Source: an uncultured virus (IMG/VR IMGVR_UViG_3300030102_002633) (Duplodnaviria; Heunggongvirae; Uroviricota; Caudoviricetes). From it: DNA of 64,000 bases. Position 1 is the stretch's first letter. Each line of letters opens with the position of its first letter. The notes under the pieces are model-generated. The model did no database searches. It was not told where the DNA came from and saw only the letters and a program-made list of their open reading frames with translations. Of this stretch, positions 20,713 to 31,087 are shown piece after piece. Where the stretch lies: IMG/VR virus record IMGVR_UViG_3300030102_002633, one strand, 5' to 3'. Made by a program: the position numbers and the translations under genes.

Positions 20713-22269
20713 CTAAGACATCATTTGTATGTCTAAAATCGAGTTACAGTCTTTCGGGAACTTGTCGTTGCGTATCTTCACAACTCTTGGAAACCGTAGA
20801 CCATATTCACCTTCGCTATCTTGAGTAATAACATCACAAGTAACCTCAAGAACAATTCTCGGTAAGATATAGAATGTATCTCCTGAATACTTCTCTACAA
20901 CTTTCTTCAATTCAGTTGTAAGGTATGCTAAATCTCCATCGGAAAGTCCTGTTCCTACTGAACCAACAGATTTGTAGCCACTCGATGAAGATGAATCCAA
21001 TACAGATATACCAAACGTGCCAAAGACATTTCTTCTCTTACCATCACCATATTGTGCAGATGTAATCACAACATCCAAATCAATTCGTGGTGGTTTATGT
21101 TTCAACATTGCCTCAGTTCTTTTCCCTGCTTGATAACTAGCATTCAAATCTTTAATCATTATACCTTCAAAACCATCATTGATAGCATTGTTGTATGCTA
21201 TTTCAATATCTCCATCAGTATATGCCCTTACCCTATTCCATGATGGGAAATCAGGTAGATGAATTAACCTCTCACGATATCGTTGCTCAATCAATGAGAC
21301 ATTCATATAATGTAGAATGTCGAATATCACCATATGAACTGGACAATCTTCAACTGCTTTCTCTATATCTTTGGAATGCACTCTCGTTGCTAACTTCTTA
21401 TGTTCAGCCGGAATATCAGAACCCTGACTCACAACCGGATAAATCTCAGTATCTAAAATGAAATTATGAGCATTGAATGTTTTAACCAAATCCACAACAT
21501 CGGGATATTGGTATGTTACAATCTTACCTTTACGATTGAAGATTATCACACTATCTCTATCTCTATGAATCTGATATCTATTACCATCATACTTCACATC
21601 TATTAGGTAGTCATTAGGTAACTTGTATGGTGCTTGATGTTTCTTTGCTAATGAACAAGGAATGAACTTACCAACACCTGTCATACAAGGTGGTTCATTT
21701 CCATTTGATAGATACCTGTATATTTCAATAGGACTATGAAACTTGGCATACTTATCAATATCAGAATTAGGAAACCTCCTTTTCAATAGTCTTGCTACTG
21801 CTTTCCCACCTATACCGTTTCTTGGATTCCTTAACCAGTATCTTAGAAACCACTTTAGTTCAAGTGCAGACATATCATTTGTTCTTTCGTTGAAAACAGT
21901 GTAGGCATCACTATTGATAGAAGAACAATCAGTAACTAACAAACTATGAAACTCTTTCAATGATATATTAGAATCAACAGTAAACTCATCAGATAGGAAT
22001 TGCATCATTCCTTCTGATAAATCACCCCAAATATCCGCTTGTGTTTTTACTTCATCTTCAAACATACCAAAAGAATTAGCAATCCACGTTATTGCTCTTT
22101 TCTGACCAATGTTGTTCACATCATATTCTAAAGATAATATCTCAAGAAGAATATGAGGGTCTTTGAAGGCATTCAATGATTCGTCAATAATACGAATCTT
22201 GTCTACTGTTCTATCTTGTTGTTCTATTGCTTCACTCATTCTTGCAAATCTAATCAGACTCATTCTCAT
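20713..22269 (-). CDS. lig: ATP-dependent DNA ligase (replicative, archaeal type)
   Basis: KYDGNR, ILDTEI, IFDIL, EGIMIK, VGTGLSD, LRFPR. Confidence 0.95.
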   Translation of the reverse strand: MRMSLIRFARMSEAIEQQDRTVDKIRIIDESLNAFKDPHILLEILSLEYDVNNIGQKRAITWIANSFGMFEDEVKTQADIWGDLSEGMMQFLSDEFTVDSNISLKEFHSLLVTDCSSINSDAYTVFNERTNDMSALELKWFLRYWLRNPRNGIGGKAVARLLKRRFPNSDIDKYAKFHSPIEIYRYLSNGNEPPCMTGVGKFIPCSLAKKHQAPYKLPNDYLIDVKYDGNRYQIHRDRDSVIIFNRKGKIVTYQYPDVVDLVKTFNAHNFILDTEIYPVVSQGSDIPAEHKKLATRVHSKDIEKAVEDCPVHMVIFDILHYMNVSLIEQRYRERLIHLPDFPSWNRVRAYTDGDIEIAYNNAINDGFEGIMIKDLNASYQAGKRTEAMLKHKPPRIDLDVVITSAQYGDGKRRNVFGTFGISVLDSSSSSGYKSVGSVGTGLSDGDLAYLTTELKKVVEKYSGDTFYILPRIVLEVTCDVITQDSEGEYGLRFPRVVKIRNDKFPKDCNSILDIQMMS

Positions 22270-22474
22270 TCACCTTATTTTTTATTTTTATTAACGCTTT
22301 CAACAATGTATCTAATTCACCCATGTTGATTCTAATGCCCTTTTTGGTGGGCTTACCATCACTATACCATCTAACATCTACAACTTCTGTCTTCCAGTAA
22401 TTACCCTTTTTAATTTGTAATTCCATCGTAGCGTTTCTTGGTATTCTCGCTATTGTTTCAAATTTATCACTCAT
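22250..22474 (-). CDS. PC4-like ssDNA-binding/coactivator protein
   Basis: VVDVRWY..GKPTKKGI. Confidence 0.8.
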   Translation of the reverse strand: MSDKFETIARIPRNATMELQIKKGNYWKTEVVDVRWYSDGKPTKKGIRINMGELDTLLKALIKIKNKVNENESD

Positions 22475-22872
22475 TCATACCATCCTTCCTTAAATCTATT
22501 CAAATCCTTTAGACTAGTAAATGTTCTAATTCCCTCTACATCATCTATCCTTGTAGCAATATAGACAACACCCCCAATACTACTTATCTTAATAATCTCA
22601 TAAGTTCTATTTTCAGGATGTTCAAACACTTCCATTGTCTCAATCTCAGGAACTAACCCATAGTTCTTAGATAACTCAGAACTAATTGAACTTAGGTTGT
22701 TAGCAACATACTTCACAATCAATGCTTTTTGGATTGGAACTTTGGCATCAACAACCAGTTTAATCTTACCTTGCATCTCGCAGACCTTGCATTTGTTTCC
22801 TTCACAGATAGGACACTGTATCTCCGCAGGTAGCGGAGCAGGGAACTGAACAGTCACCGCAGGTTTACTCAT
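22471..22872 (-). CDS. Hypothetical protein with CxxCxGxxCxxC motif
   Basis: CPICEGNKCKVC. Confidence 0.6.
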   Translation of the reverse strand: MSKPAVTVQFPAPLPAEIQCPICEGNKCKVCEMQGKIKLVVDAKVPIQKALIVKYVANNLSSISSELSKNYGLVPEIETMEVFEHPENRTYEIIKISSIGGVVYIATRIDDVEGIRTFTSLKDLNRFKEGWYE

Positions 22873-23342
22873 TCTCTACCATTCCATACACGATATGTTG
22901 CACTGTAATCAACAGTAACATCAAACGGATAAGATGGGAATACCAAAGAGACATTCCCAAAACCGTATGCGAAACCGCTATTCCAAGTGTAACTTAGATT
23001 GTCTATGGTTTGGTGGTAGTATCCTGAAATGTCGTATGAGTAATTGTTGAACCTAACAGTATTGTTCACTATATCAAAACTGAGATGGCTCATGTTGTAT
23101 GTGAAATCTCCGCATTCAATGAACCCATATGTAACGTTAGTATCCAACCAAACTGTTTCGTATGTTGTATTATTCATATCCTCATGCAAGTATGTGAAAG
23201 AACCTGTTACTGTAACCCAATCAGGTTCAGTAGATACTACTTCTTCCTCAAATACTTCATCAGGGTCAGGTATTGTGCAACCTGCAAGTAAAACAGATAT
23301 CATCAGTAAAGCCATTGCTTTCTTCATTAGAATCACTCCCAA
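22869..23342 (-). CDS. Putative lipoprotein
   Basis: MKK + hydrophobic stretch + LAGC lipobox. Confidence 0.7.
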   Translation of the reverse strand: MGVILMKKAMALLMISVLLAGCTIPDPDEVFEEEVVSTEPDWVTVTGSFTYLHEDMNNTTYETVWLDTNVTYGFIECGDFTYNMSHLSFDIVNNTVRFNNYSYDISGYYHQTIDNLSYTWNSGFAYGFGNVSLVFPSYPFDVTVDYSATYRVWNGRE

Positions 23343-24101
23343 TTGTTCTGTTCTTCGTGTGGGTTGTGTGATACGTGTGGCTCAACAAATGTTGGGTCAA
23401 CTGTTTCTGTTTGAGGGTCAGCATACAATGCTGCCTCTAACAGATGCGTAATAACATCCTTCACTGTTTTTCCTTCATCCAATGACATTTGGACTATTTC
23501 TTCAAACATTTCATTTCTTTCCAGTTCAATCTTAAACATCTTCATATTTCTTCATCTCCGTAAAACTCGTCTATTGATGGCTCAGACTCGTTGCCAAAGG
23601 CAATCTCGCCCTGCACATGAAGGTTATCATTCTTTTTCTCTTTCAATAAATCCTTCTCATGTTGTATTTCCATCATAATGACGAATGCTCTTTCCAGTTT
23701 TTTGTCGCTAAAATCAATGGGTTCGCCATTGTTACGCATACAATCTTCAAGTAATCCACGCATATGGAATACTAATCCGGCTAATTCTTTATTCTCCTTG
23801 ACTAAGGTTTTAACTCCCTTAGCAAGACTTGTTGCATTTTCTATCATTGTTTGTCCTTCTGTTTTCATAATATCCTCTTCCTATCAATCGTGAAGTCTGC
23901 TACATCTAACAGTGCTACTCCTTCTTTGTCTGCTATATACTGACCAGTATCTCTAATCATTGCATACAACTTACTCAAGTTAGCACCAATACGGTAGATT
24001 TCTTCGTTGTCGCCTATTATCTCTTCAATTTTCTTTTCTAATTCTGCTACTTTTAATTCTAAGTCTTCTATTCTTTTGTTATACATATCTTCATCCTCCA
24101 T
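23333..24101 (-). CDS. Three small coupled hypothetical genes (23333-23545, 23542-23868, 23865-24101)
   Basis: ATGA overlaps; acidic or coiled-coil composition. Confidence 0.55.
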
Positions 24102-24103
24102 TC

Positions 24104-24607
24104 TTACTCTTCCTCCTGATGTTTCTCAGGGTCTTGTTCCAACAATCCATAGTATACTTTCTTTGCACGAATTGTTTCAGGCTCGTATGCTAAATACTGA
24201 TTGTCTCCAATGACAATTGCAGACTTTAGTATAGGCTTCCATGTCTTGATTGTTTTCCAATCTGTTCCACTGAAATAAGCACTACCGAATGGATGTGTGT
24301 GAATCCAACACTTAATCGGTATTCTCATTGGTTTTCCATTGACCAATTCATCTTCATGTCCCTCAAAGGATACGAATGCTGCTGAACCACTGCTGATATA
24401 CAAATCGTCTTTGTCATCAACAATAACTTGCACTTCTTTATCTCCAAGCATCTCAGTTGACATCTTCCATATAGCCCAAATGAACGCCTCTGTTTCGTTG
24501 TTTGGATATAGGAACTCTATCTTATCTTTGAAGTCCTCAAAGACTTCTCTGATATGTCCCTTCCAATCAAACTCTTCTTGTTCTGTTACTTCTATTTCTT
24601 CTTCCAT
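24104..24607 (-). CDS. JAB/MPN+ (JAMM) metalloprotease
   Basis: KEVQV...WIHTHPFGSAYFSGTD = E...HxH-x7-S-x2-D JAMM motif. Confidence 0.88.
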   Translation of the reverse strand: MEEEIEVTEQEEFDWKGHIREVFEDFKDKIEFLYPNNETEAFIWAIWKMSTEMLGDKEVQVIVDDKDDLYISSGSAAFVSFEGHEDELVNGKPMRIPIKCWIHTHPFGSAYFSGTDWKTIKTWKPILKSAIVIGDNQYLAYEPETIRAKKVYYGLLEQDPEKHQEEE

Positions 24608-24759
24608 GTTTATTCCTCTTCTATTTTTTTCATTTTTGCTGACGCTTTCTCCAATTGAATCCAATCAGAAAACGTTAGACTTTTATTTATTGTACCATCA
24701 AGTAATGCTTGTTCGTAAGAATCTCGCATTTCCTGAAACTTTCTCCCCATCTTTCCCAT

Positions 24760-25922
24760 TCAAGCACCACCCATTTCTTCGGCTATCAAGTCTTGAGCAT
24801 TCTCAAACTCATGGTATGCCTTGTGACCTGCAATGAAACCACCTGCATGACGTTTAGTTCCTAAGAACTCTTCACCACAAACAGGACAAGTAACCTTGAC
24901 TATCTCTGCTTGCTCATAAAATCCATCAGTGGATATTGCAGTTATCATTTCGCCTATCATATCTTCATCTAAGTTTTCTATTTCTTCGCTCATGCTTTCA
25001 CCTTCAAATAGTGTCTCAGTGGTTTTATTGCTTTAGGTGTCGAGACAACTTCTTTCACCTTCTCCTGTTTTGGTATGGAGATACCGGAAAGGACTCTCCT
25101 TCTATACTGTTCCTTCCACATAACTTGAACACAATCATTGCAGAACCTTCTGCTATCTGCCAAATGTTCGGGAACAGGTTCATCCTCTTTACCACAAAGA
25201 GTCTTTCCTAATATTGAGAAACAGATGTACTTCATTCCTCTTCACCTATGTAATGGTCTATTCTTCTTAGCACCATCTCAAGAACTTCAATCCAAGTATC
25301 AACATCATAATCCCAATCATCGTATCTTGACCTTTCTATCTCCGTGTCTAGTGTTGCTTGCATTTCTTCTCTTAGATTCTTCATTGTCATTCTTCTTTCT
25401 CCTTATATGCGGGATGTTTCTTTGGTAGACGATGTAATCTACTTGTGATTAGTTTCTGCATTTGTCGTGCTATTTCTCCACTTCCATCTTCCCAACGCTT
25501 TACTAATCTATCATACTTATCGTCACCTTTGTATTGATGAACCATCTTCTCTTCTAACTCAGACAAGTCAATCTTATCCATTAGATGTTTAAGCACTTCA
25601 TACTCAACGTGTATCTTTGAACCTGCTCTCATTCCTCTTCACCTAGTCCTGATTGCAAAGCCTCCATAATCATCTCAGGAGTAACTACTTCATTTTCTTC
25701 AATTAACTTGGATTTAATTTGACGTTCTCTAAGTAAAAATCTACCGAAACCAACTGCTTGTTCTGTATCGAATCCCAATCTTGTAGGGATAACAACGAGA
25801 CAGTCGCAAACATCACAACATCTACCTTCATATGGTGCGGCGTTGTTTCCTTCGCTCCAATACACTCTTCCAGTGTGGTCTTTCCTTTGTTCAATTTCCT
25901 TATTGCACAAACTACATTTCAT
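24760..25922 (-). CDS. Cluster of small hypothetical genes (24760-24993, 24990-25235, 25387-25632, 25629-25922), several Zn-finger-like
   Basis: Coupled ORFs with CPVC..H...H, CxxC and CCxxC motifs. Confidence 0.55.
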
Positions 25923-26509
25923 ACATTCAACACCATCTTATCTGCAACGTTCTCGCTATCAACGAACCATCTTTGAATCCATTGGGAAGCAACACCTGCA
26001 ATTGCAATCTGCATACAGTTCACTTGTTCAGGGCTACCATCCCAATCTCCTCCTTGACAGGAGAATGAACCTTCTGCACCTGCTAACAAATCATCAACAA
26101 GATTCTCATTAACCTTGTAAGAGATTAGTGCGGCGTTTCTGCCTTGCGCTCTCAAATCTAACCACTTGAGTTTAGCGTCATCACCGTATCCTTGACGGTA
26201 TAACATTCTTCTCACGGCTAAGTTATCTGCACAACAGATTACCAAATCATATCCTTTCAGTTGCTTTTCTACTAAAACCAAATATGGTTGAGCGTTTACT
26301 GTTTTCAGCCCATTAACCTTCAATTTATTGTTGAGGGCATTCACTTTAGTATGCCCTACCATATCAGCCATGAAGTTCTGATATGTTAGATTCTTCTCTT
26401 CTAACTTATCATCATCAAACACTGTTATGTCGTATATTCCTATTCGGGAAAGGAAGTCAACCAAATAACTACCAATTCCACCTGTTCCTATTATCATTAC
26501 CTTTCTCAT
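25919..26509 (-). CDS. ThiF/UBA E1-like adenylyltransferase
   Basis: IIGTGGIGS, DDDKLEEKNLTYQ, CCADNLAVRR, WLDLR; candidate catalytic Cys in FSCQ. Confidence 0.9.
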   Translation of the reverse strand: MRKVMIIGTGGIGSYLVDFLSRIGIYDITVFDDDKLEEKNLTYQNFMADMVGHTKVNALNNKLKVNGLKTVNAQPYLVLVEKQLKGYDLVICCADNLAVRRMLYRQGYGDDAKLKWLDLRAQGRNAALISYKVNENLVDDLLAGAEGSFSCQGGDWDGSPEQVNCMQIAIAGVASQWIQRWFVDSENVADKMVLNV

Positions 26510-27447
26510 TATACATTCCTCATTACTATTACATTTTGCATTACTTCATCTAACCCATATAGATGGATATTCTTTCTTTCTATTCCTAACATCTCACAAA
26601 TGGTATCAGTGTGAATACGTAGTGTTACTTCTGATACACTGAAATGTTGTTTTACGTCTATCTGTCTTATTGGTGTGCCTGTTAGTTTACCTGCTATCCA
26701 AATTGTTGTTGCTAATTGACTATCAGCAAACCTCAAATCTCTTTCATTGTATTTGTTCTGAATGAACTCTACAAAGTTGAAAAAATCTCTTCTATCGTGA
26801 ACACGTTCAGAGTTCGTTTCAAACCAATCTAAGAATCCTGTTACCATGTTGGGTATGTTTCTCTCGGCAAAGATGTGGGACTTCCTGTAAAACTTAGCAA
26901 TCTTCTTCGCAGTTCTTACAACTCTCTTCATCTCTACCCCACTAGTTTTAACAAAATCCTTCAACGAAACATTCCCATTGTCGTTCAAGATAAAGTATGC
27001 TAAACCTGCTGACCTATCTTCTATTGAGTGTCCCCGAAGTATTTGATGTTGCATCAGTCGTTGATACAGATACACCACATGGTCAGTGTCTATCGCATCA
27101 CCACTTTTGTATGGTGACATGAACATAACACACATACGATGTCCTTGAGCATCAGTTGTGCTATGATATCTCTTATCAGAAGTAACTCTCCTATTCAGCA
27201 AACCCAACCTATGCTTTCTCGTATGGTTAGTTTGGTCTTCCCAACCACCTACAAAAGAACCCAACGTTCTATTGTTATCTTTACTATGACTCCAATGTTG
27301 TTGTTGCCCTTTGTCTTTACCGGATGTAAGACTAACTCTTTCCTCAAAGATATCGCAGTTCAATACCAAACCACAATCAGAGCAAACAGTGTAGCCTAAT
27401 CGCTCATCGAACTCAGTTGAGAATGAACCACATTCAGAACACTTCAT
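26509..27447 (-). CDS. tfb: Transcription initiation factor IIB (TFB)-like protein
   Basis: N-terminal CSECGS...FDERLGYTVCSDCGLV Zn ribbon, LRGHSIED, C-terminal HTH Q...VSEVTLR. Confidence 0.85.
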   Translation of the reverse strand: MKCSECGSFSTEFDERLGYTVCSDCGLVLNCDIFEERVSLTSGKDKGQQQHWSHSKDNNRTLGSFVGGWEDQTNHTRKHRLGLLNRRVTSDKRYHSTTDAQGHRMCVMFMSPYKSGDAIDTDHVVYLYQRLMQHQILRGHSIEDRSAGLAYFILNDNGNVSLKDFVKTSGVEMKRVVRTAKKIAKFYRKSHIFAERNIPNMVTGFLDWFETNSERVHDRRDFFNFVEFIQNKYNERDLRFADSQLATTIWIAGKLTGTPIRQIDVKQHFSVSEVTLRIHTDTICEMLGIERKNIHLYGLDEVMQNVIVMRNV

Positions 27448-28754
27448 TGTGAAGCCCCCTTCTTACGGGCAATGTATAGGTTTTCCTTTTCTTTAGTCCA
27501 TGAGTTGAGTTTTGTCCTATCTAAGCGATAGTCAGGGTCTTCTCCACGTTTAACTGCATCTTGCACTTTGTCTCTGATAGTGTATATTTGATTAGCACTT
27601 GATACATCATTCATCAAAGCCAATGCTCTTGCAGTTAGTTGGTCGCCTATGCTTGAGTTCCTATGGATGTTATCAATACATATTGGGCCAAAAATCTGAT
27701 GACCCTTCCAAGTGGACGAATTTGTTGCTTCTGTTTTAGCCCCAATCATGTATGTATTCACATTCTGATGTCCTTGTTTCATACCCTTTCTTTCGTCAGT
27801 GATAACCCAATCAGCAACTTTACCTCTAACAAAGAGGGCTTTGTTCAACGGGTTTTTGAACTGAACTAAACTAATCTGAGGATATTCAGCATCCATTTCA
27901 TGTAGTAGTTGGGTTGCTCTATCTTCAACCATGTTCTGCTTTCTGTTTTGCATTAACCATGCTACACATAGTTTCCTTTGGATATCTGTTGGTTCTTGAC
28001 CCATGAGCAATGCCCATAACTTGTCGGGTGTTGCTCTATACCAAACCTTAGACTTAGATTGATTGTGTCTAAATGTATTCAAGAACACATTCAAGTCCTT
28101 TAGAGTAATAGCACCCCAAACACCTTCTGATATTTCCAATGCACATTCATCGTTACTAATCAATCTTGTATTGATTAACACTTCTTGTTTCATTCCTTCA
28201 TTGTAAAAATGATATGGAGAACGATTCTCGATGGCGTGGAGAACATTAGGAGGGAAGTGAATGACCTTCTCTATGTAGTCATCCATTGTGTCTACATTAC
28301 GAACAAATGCTCCTCTCATTACTATCTTAGCAAGTGTAACTGCTAAATCCTTCTTTGGTATTCTCTTACCGTCTATGTGATGTTGAGTTCCCTTTCTACC
28401 ATATACAATGAAACACTCTCCATCTTTGTATTTGAATCCCATAGTACACATATAATTCTCATTATTAGTTTTAGGGATGAAGTTCATTGCAATACTATCT
28501 GCAAGTAACTTCTGAACAGGATTATCGTATTTACCATGTTGTAAAGATGGTCTTGATGATTGAAGCGAAAACTCACCAAACTGATTTAGATTGCTTGGTT
28601 TCCATCCTATACTTCTTTTACCATCATCAGAAGTCTTCACAAAACTTCTATACAAAGATGTGAAGTATTTCTTCTGTCCTGTTCTGAACAAGAAACTACT
28701 CGTTACCCAACCCTGTTGGTCGCCCACTGATGGGATTCTGTATTTTATTTTCAT
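27444..28754 (-). CDS. Hypothetical protein (436 aa) with a Cys-containing C-terminal domain
   Basis: Start reassigned to MKIKYR; LFVRG...HQNV...GPICID...GDQL.ARALALMND. Confidence 0.7.
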   Translation of the reverse strand: MKIKYRIPSVGDQQGWVTSSFLFRTGQKKYFTSLYRSFVKTSDDGKRSIGWKPSNLNQFGEFSLQSSRPSLQHGKYDNPVQKLLADSIAMNFIPKTNNENYMCTMGFKYKDGECFIVYGRKGTQHHIDGKRIPKKDLAVTLAKIVMRGAFVRNVDTMDDYIEKVIHFPPNVLHAIENRSPYHFYNEGMKQEVLINTRLISNDECALEISEGVWGAITLKDLNVFLNTFRHNQSKSKVWYRATPDKLWALLMGQEPTDIQRKLCVAWLMQNRKQNMVEDRATQLLHEMDAEYPQISLVQFKNPLNKALFVRGKVADWVITDERKGMKQGHQNVNTYMIGAKTEATNSSTWKGHQIFGPICIDNIHRNSSIGDQLTARALALMNDVSSANQIYTIRDKVQDAVKRGEDPDYRLDRTKLNSWTKEKENLYIARKKGASQ

Positions 28755-28986
28755 TATTATTTTCCTCCTTTTTCCAATAATCAGTATCACCATAATTGTG
28801 ATGATACCAACAGTCTCTTTCGACTGCTTCTGCAAGTTCTTCCATTGATTTGAAAGTTGAATGTCCCCCAACTACAATACGTTTCATTCCTCTGTAAAGA
28901 TAACTGTAAGTGCAGTTACCCTCTTTGAAGAGAGAAAACTTGTAATGTAGTTGTGAAACTTGCGGGACATTACAACTTTGTTTCAT
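28696..28986 (-). CDS. Hypothetical protein
   Basis: ATG at 28986 fills the gap after RNR. Confidence 0.45.
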   Translation of the reverse strand: MKQSCNVPQVSQLHYKFSLFKEGNCTYSYLYRGMKRIVVGGHSTFKSMEELAEAVERDCWYHHNYGDTDYWKKEENNNENKIQNPISGRPTGLGNE

Positions 28987-29029
28987 CTTGTTTTCGTAAA
29001 ATAAGAAATCTTTCTGTTTAATCAGAATC

Positions 29030-30922
29030 TCAGATTTCACAAACTCCACCCGCACAGGCGAGTTCGCCTTGTAGGTTGGTGGAGTCCTCATACTCTTTAA
29101 CCTCACTCAAGTCAATTGGGTGAAGTGAGTTAACGAGATTATTGTATACGTCTTCCGATATTTCTTCCATCGGTGCTTGTTCATATGTTCCTCCGTCATA
29201 GGGTAGGAAAGCCATACCGTTGTAGTATTCCCTGTTTTCCCAAAGCCACTTGGTTACTACTTTCCACTCTGCTTCATGAACATATACTGTTGCTGATACA
29301 TTGTGAGAATTATTTCCACGAACATGACCATTCTTTACCCATTCTTTTGAAACTACTTTGATTCTCTCAAGCATACCAATAGCACTTTCATCACTGCGTA
29401 TGATTGCAGTTTCATCAGGTATCTTTTGTGGGATGGTTAGAACTGCATCCCCATATGACATTCTATCATCTTCGATAAGGTCAGGTAGTTTTTCAACAAG
29501 ATAAGGATATATTGCTTCTCCTTTACCTATACGGATTCTTCTTGCGAAGTATTCTCCATACCATGCGTGAATACCACTTGATGTACCTAACACACAACTT
29601 GTTGTTCCGGCAGGTTTGACACAAGTAGTTCTTGCCGCAGTTTTGATTCCTAATAGTGTAGAATAGGTTTTGTTAGTTGCTTTAACCATCTCTGCACCTA
29701 AAGATAGCCATTGGTCTTCTACCTTTTGACTAGCAATACCAGTCATTGATACACCGATTAGAGCATCCTTCTCTGTTGTTCTTTGCCATATGCCTCTAAG
29801 ATAGTGAAAGTCAGTGTATGTTGCTTGTAATGTTCCCAAGAAAGATGCAGCCTCTACTCTTCGGAGGAAATCATCTCTTGATTCTACACTTGATACATTT
29901 ACCTCACACAGATTACAGAATTGATATGGTCTAAGAGCAATCTCACAACAAGGGTTAGTTCCCCAATCCTTGTCATTAGAGAGATAAATTCCGGGTTCAC
30001 CGCTACCACTCTTTTCTATCTTCTTCATCAAAGACTTGAACGTTTCTTTATCCAATTTATGACGTAGTAGAACTGCTGAATTATTTGCTCTACCTCTTTG
30101 TGGGTTTAGTTCCCACCAGTTACCTGATTTACACAAAGCCATCTGTTCGTCATCAGCACTGAATAGACTGATTAACGCCGCTCTACGAATACCACCTGCT
30201 AATACAGAATCAGCAATATGGCAAATCATATCATGAACTTGTATAGATGACATCTTGTGACCATTAGGCATATCTCTCAACATACCTTCAATGATTGTAA
30301 GGCATATTCTAAGTGGTTCAGGGCCGGGTGCTTTTCCACCACTTGTTTTCAGTCTTGCACCCTTTGGTCTTATGTCTGAATAATCGAATCTTGGACTTGC
30401 AGTTCTCTTACCAGTATAACTGTTGAAAAGAACCTTGATTGCGTCAGCCCAACCTTCTATTGAATCTTGAATCTTATATCTGTAAGTTCTATCAGATAGT
30501 GGTTGTTGAATATGTGGTAGTTTAGCCACATGATGTTTCTGAACAGAATAACCTACACCTGTTCCACCTAATAGTAGGAACATTGCTTCGCTGAAGGATG
30601 TTAAGTTATCAATCGGCATATAGGCACAATTGTATATTCTGTTTGGTGATAGTTCAACTGGTTTACCTGCGAACTGCATTGAACGCATTGAAGGTAACAC
30701 TTTCTTTGTTATCACAAAGTTATCATAGACATAATTTATCTGTCCTTCAAGAACTGCTTTGTTTTCTTGGGGTATTGAAAGTGTGTTGATATGCTTAATG
30801 TGCATATCTCGATTTCTATTACAAATCTCTTCCCAAGTTTCCTTTCTTTGTTCTTCTTCATTCCATTTTGCGTATTTGGTATTAACCACTATTTCTGATA
30901 AGACTTCATTTCCTAATTTCAT
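29030..30922 (-). CDS. nrdJ: Class II (adenosylcobalamin-dependent) ribonucleotide reductase
   Basis: YNCAY, GTGVG, RRAALI, TNPCCEI, FCNLCE, VKPAGT, C-terminal CAGGVCEI; no R2 gene nearby. Confidence 0.92.
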   Translation of the reverse strand: MKLGNEVLSEIVVNTKYAKWNEEEQRKETWEEICNRNRDMHIKHINTLSIPQENKAVLEGQINYVYDNFVITKKVLPSMRSMQFAGKPVELSPNRIYNCAYMPIDNLTSFSEAMFLLLGGTGVGYSVQKHHVAKLPHIQQPLSDRTYRYKIQDSIEGWADAIKVLFNSYTGKRTASPRFDYSDIRPKGARLKTSGGKAPGPEPLRICLTIIEGMLRDMPNGHKMSSIQVHDMICHIADSVLAGGIRRAALISLFSADDEQMALCKSGNWWELNPQRGRANNSAVLLRHKLDKETFKSLMKKIEKSGSGEPGIYLSNDKDWGTNPCCEIALRPYQFCNLCEVNVSSVESRDDFLRRVEAASFLGTLQATYTDFHYLRGIWQRTTEKDALIGVSMTGIASQKVEDQWLSLGAEMVKATNKTYSTLLGIKTAARTTCVKPAGTTSCVLGTSSGIHAWYGEYFARRIRIGKGEAIYPYLVEKLPDLIEDDRMSYGDAVLTIPQKIPDETAIIRSDESAIGMLERIKVVSKEWVKNGHVRGNNSHNVSATVYVHEAEWKVVTKWLWENREYYNGMAFLPYDGGTYEQAPMEEISEDVYNNLVNSLHPIDLSEVKEYEDSTNLQGELACAGGVCEI

Positions 30923-31087
30923 TTTCTCTCCCTCTCTTGAGTGTGTTGATAAGGGCTTCTCACCCTCTTGGCATCTATCCCGATGCTAGGATTACGTAGG
31001 CTTTACCTGAGCCTAATAATAGTTACCACTTGTGCATATAAATACCCACAAGCGGGTTGCGTGTTTCCGACTATTTACTTGTTAAAT

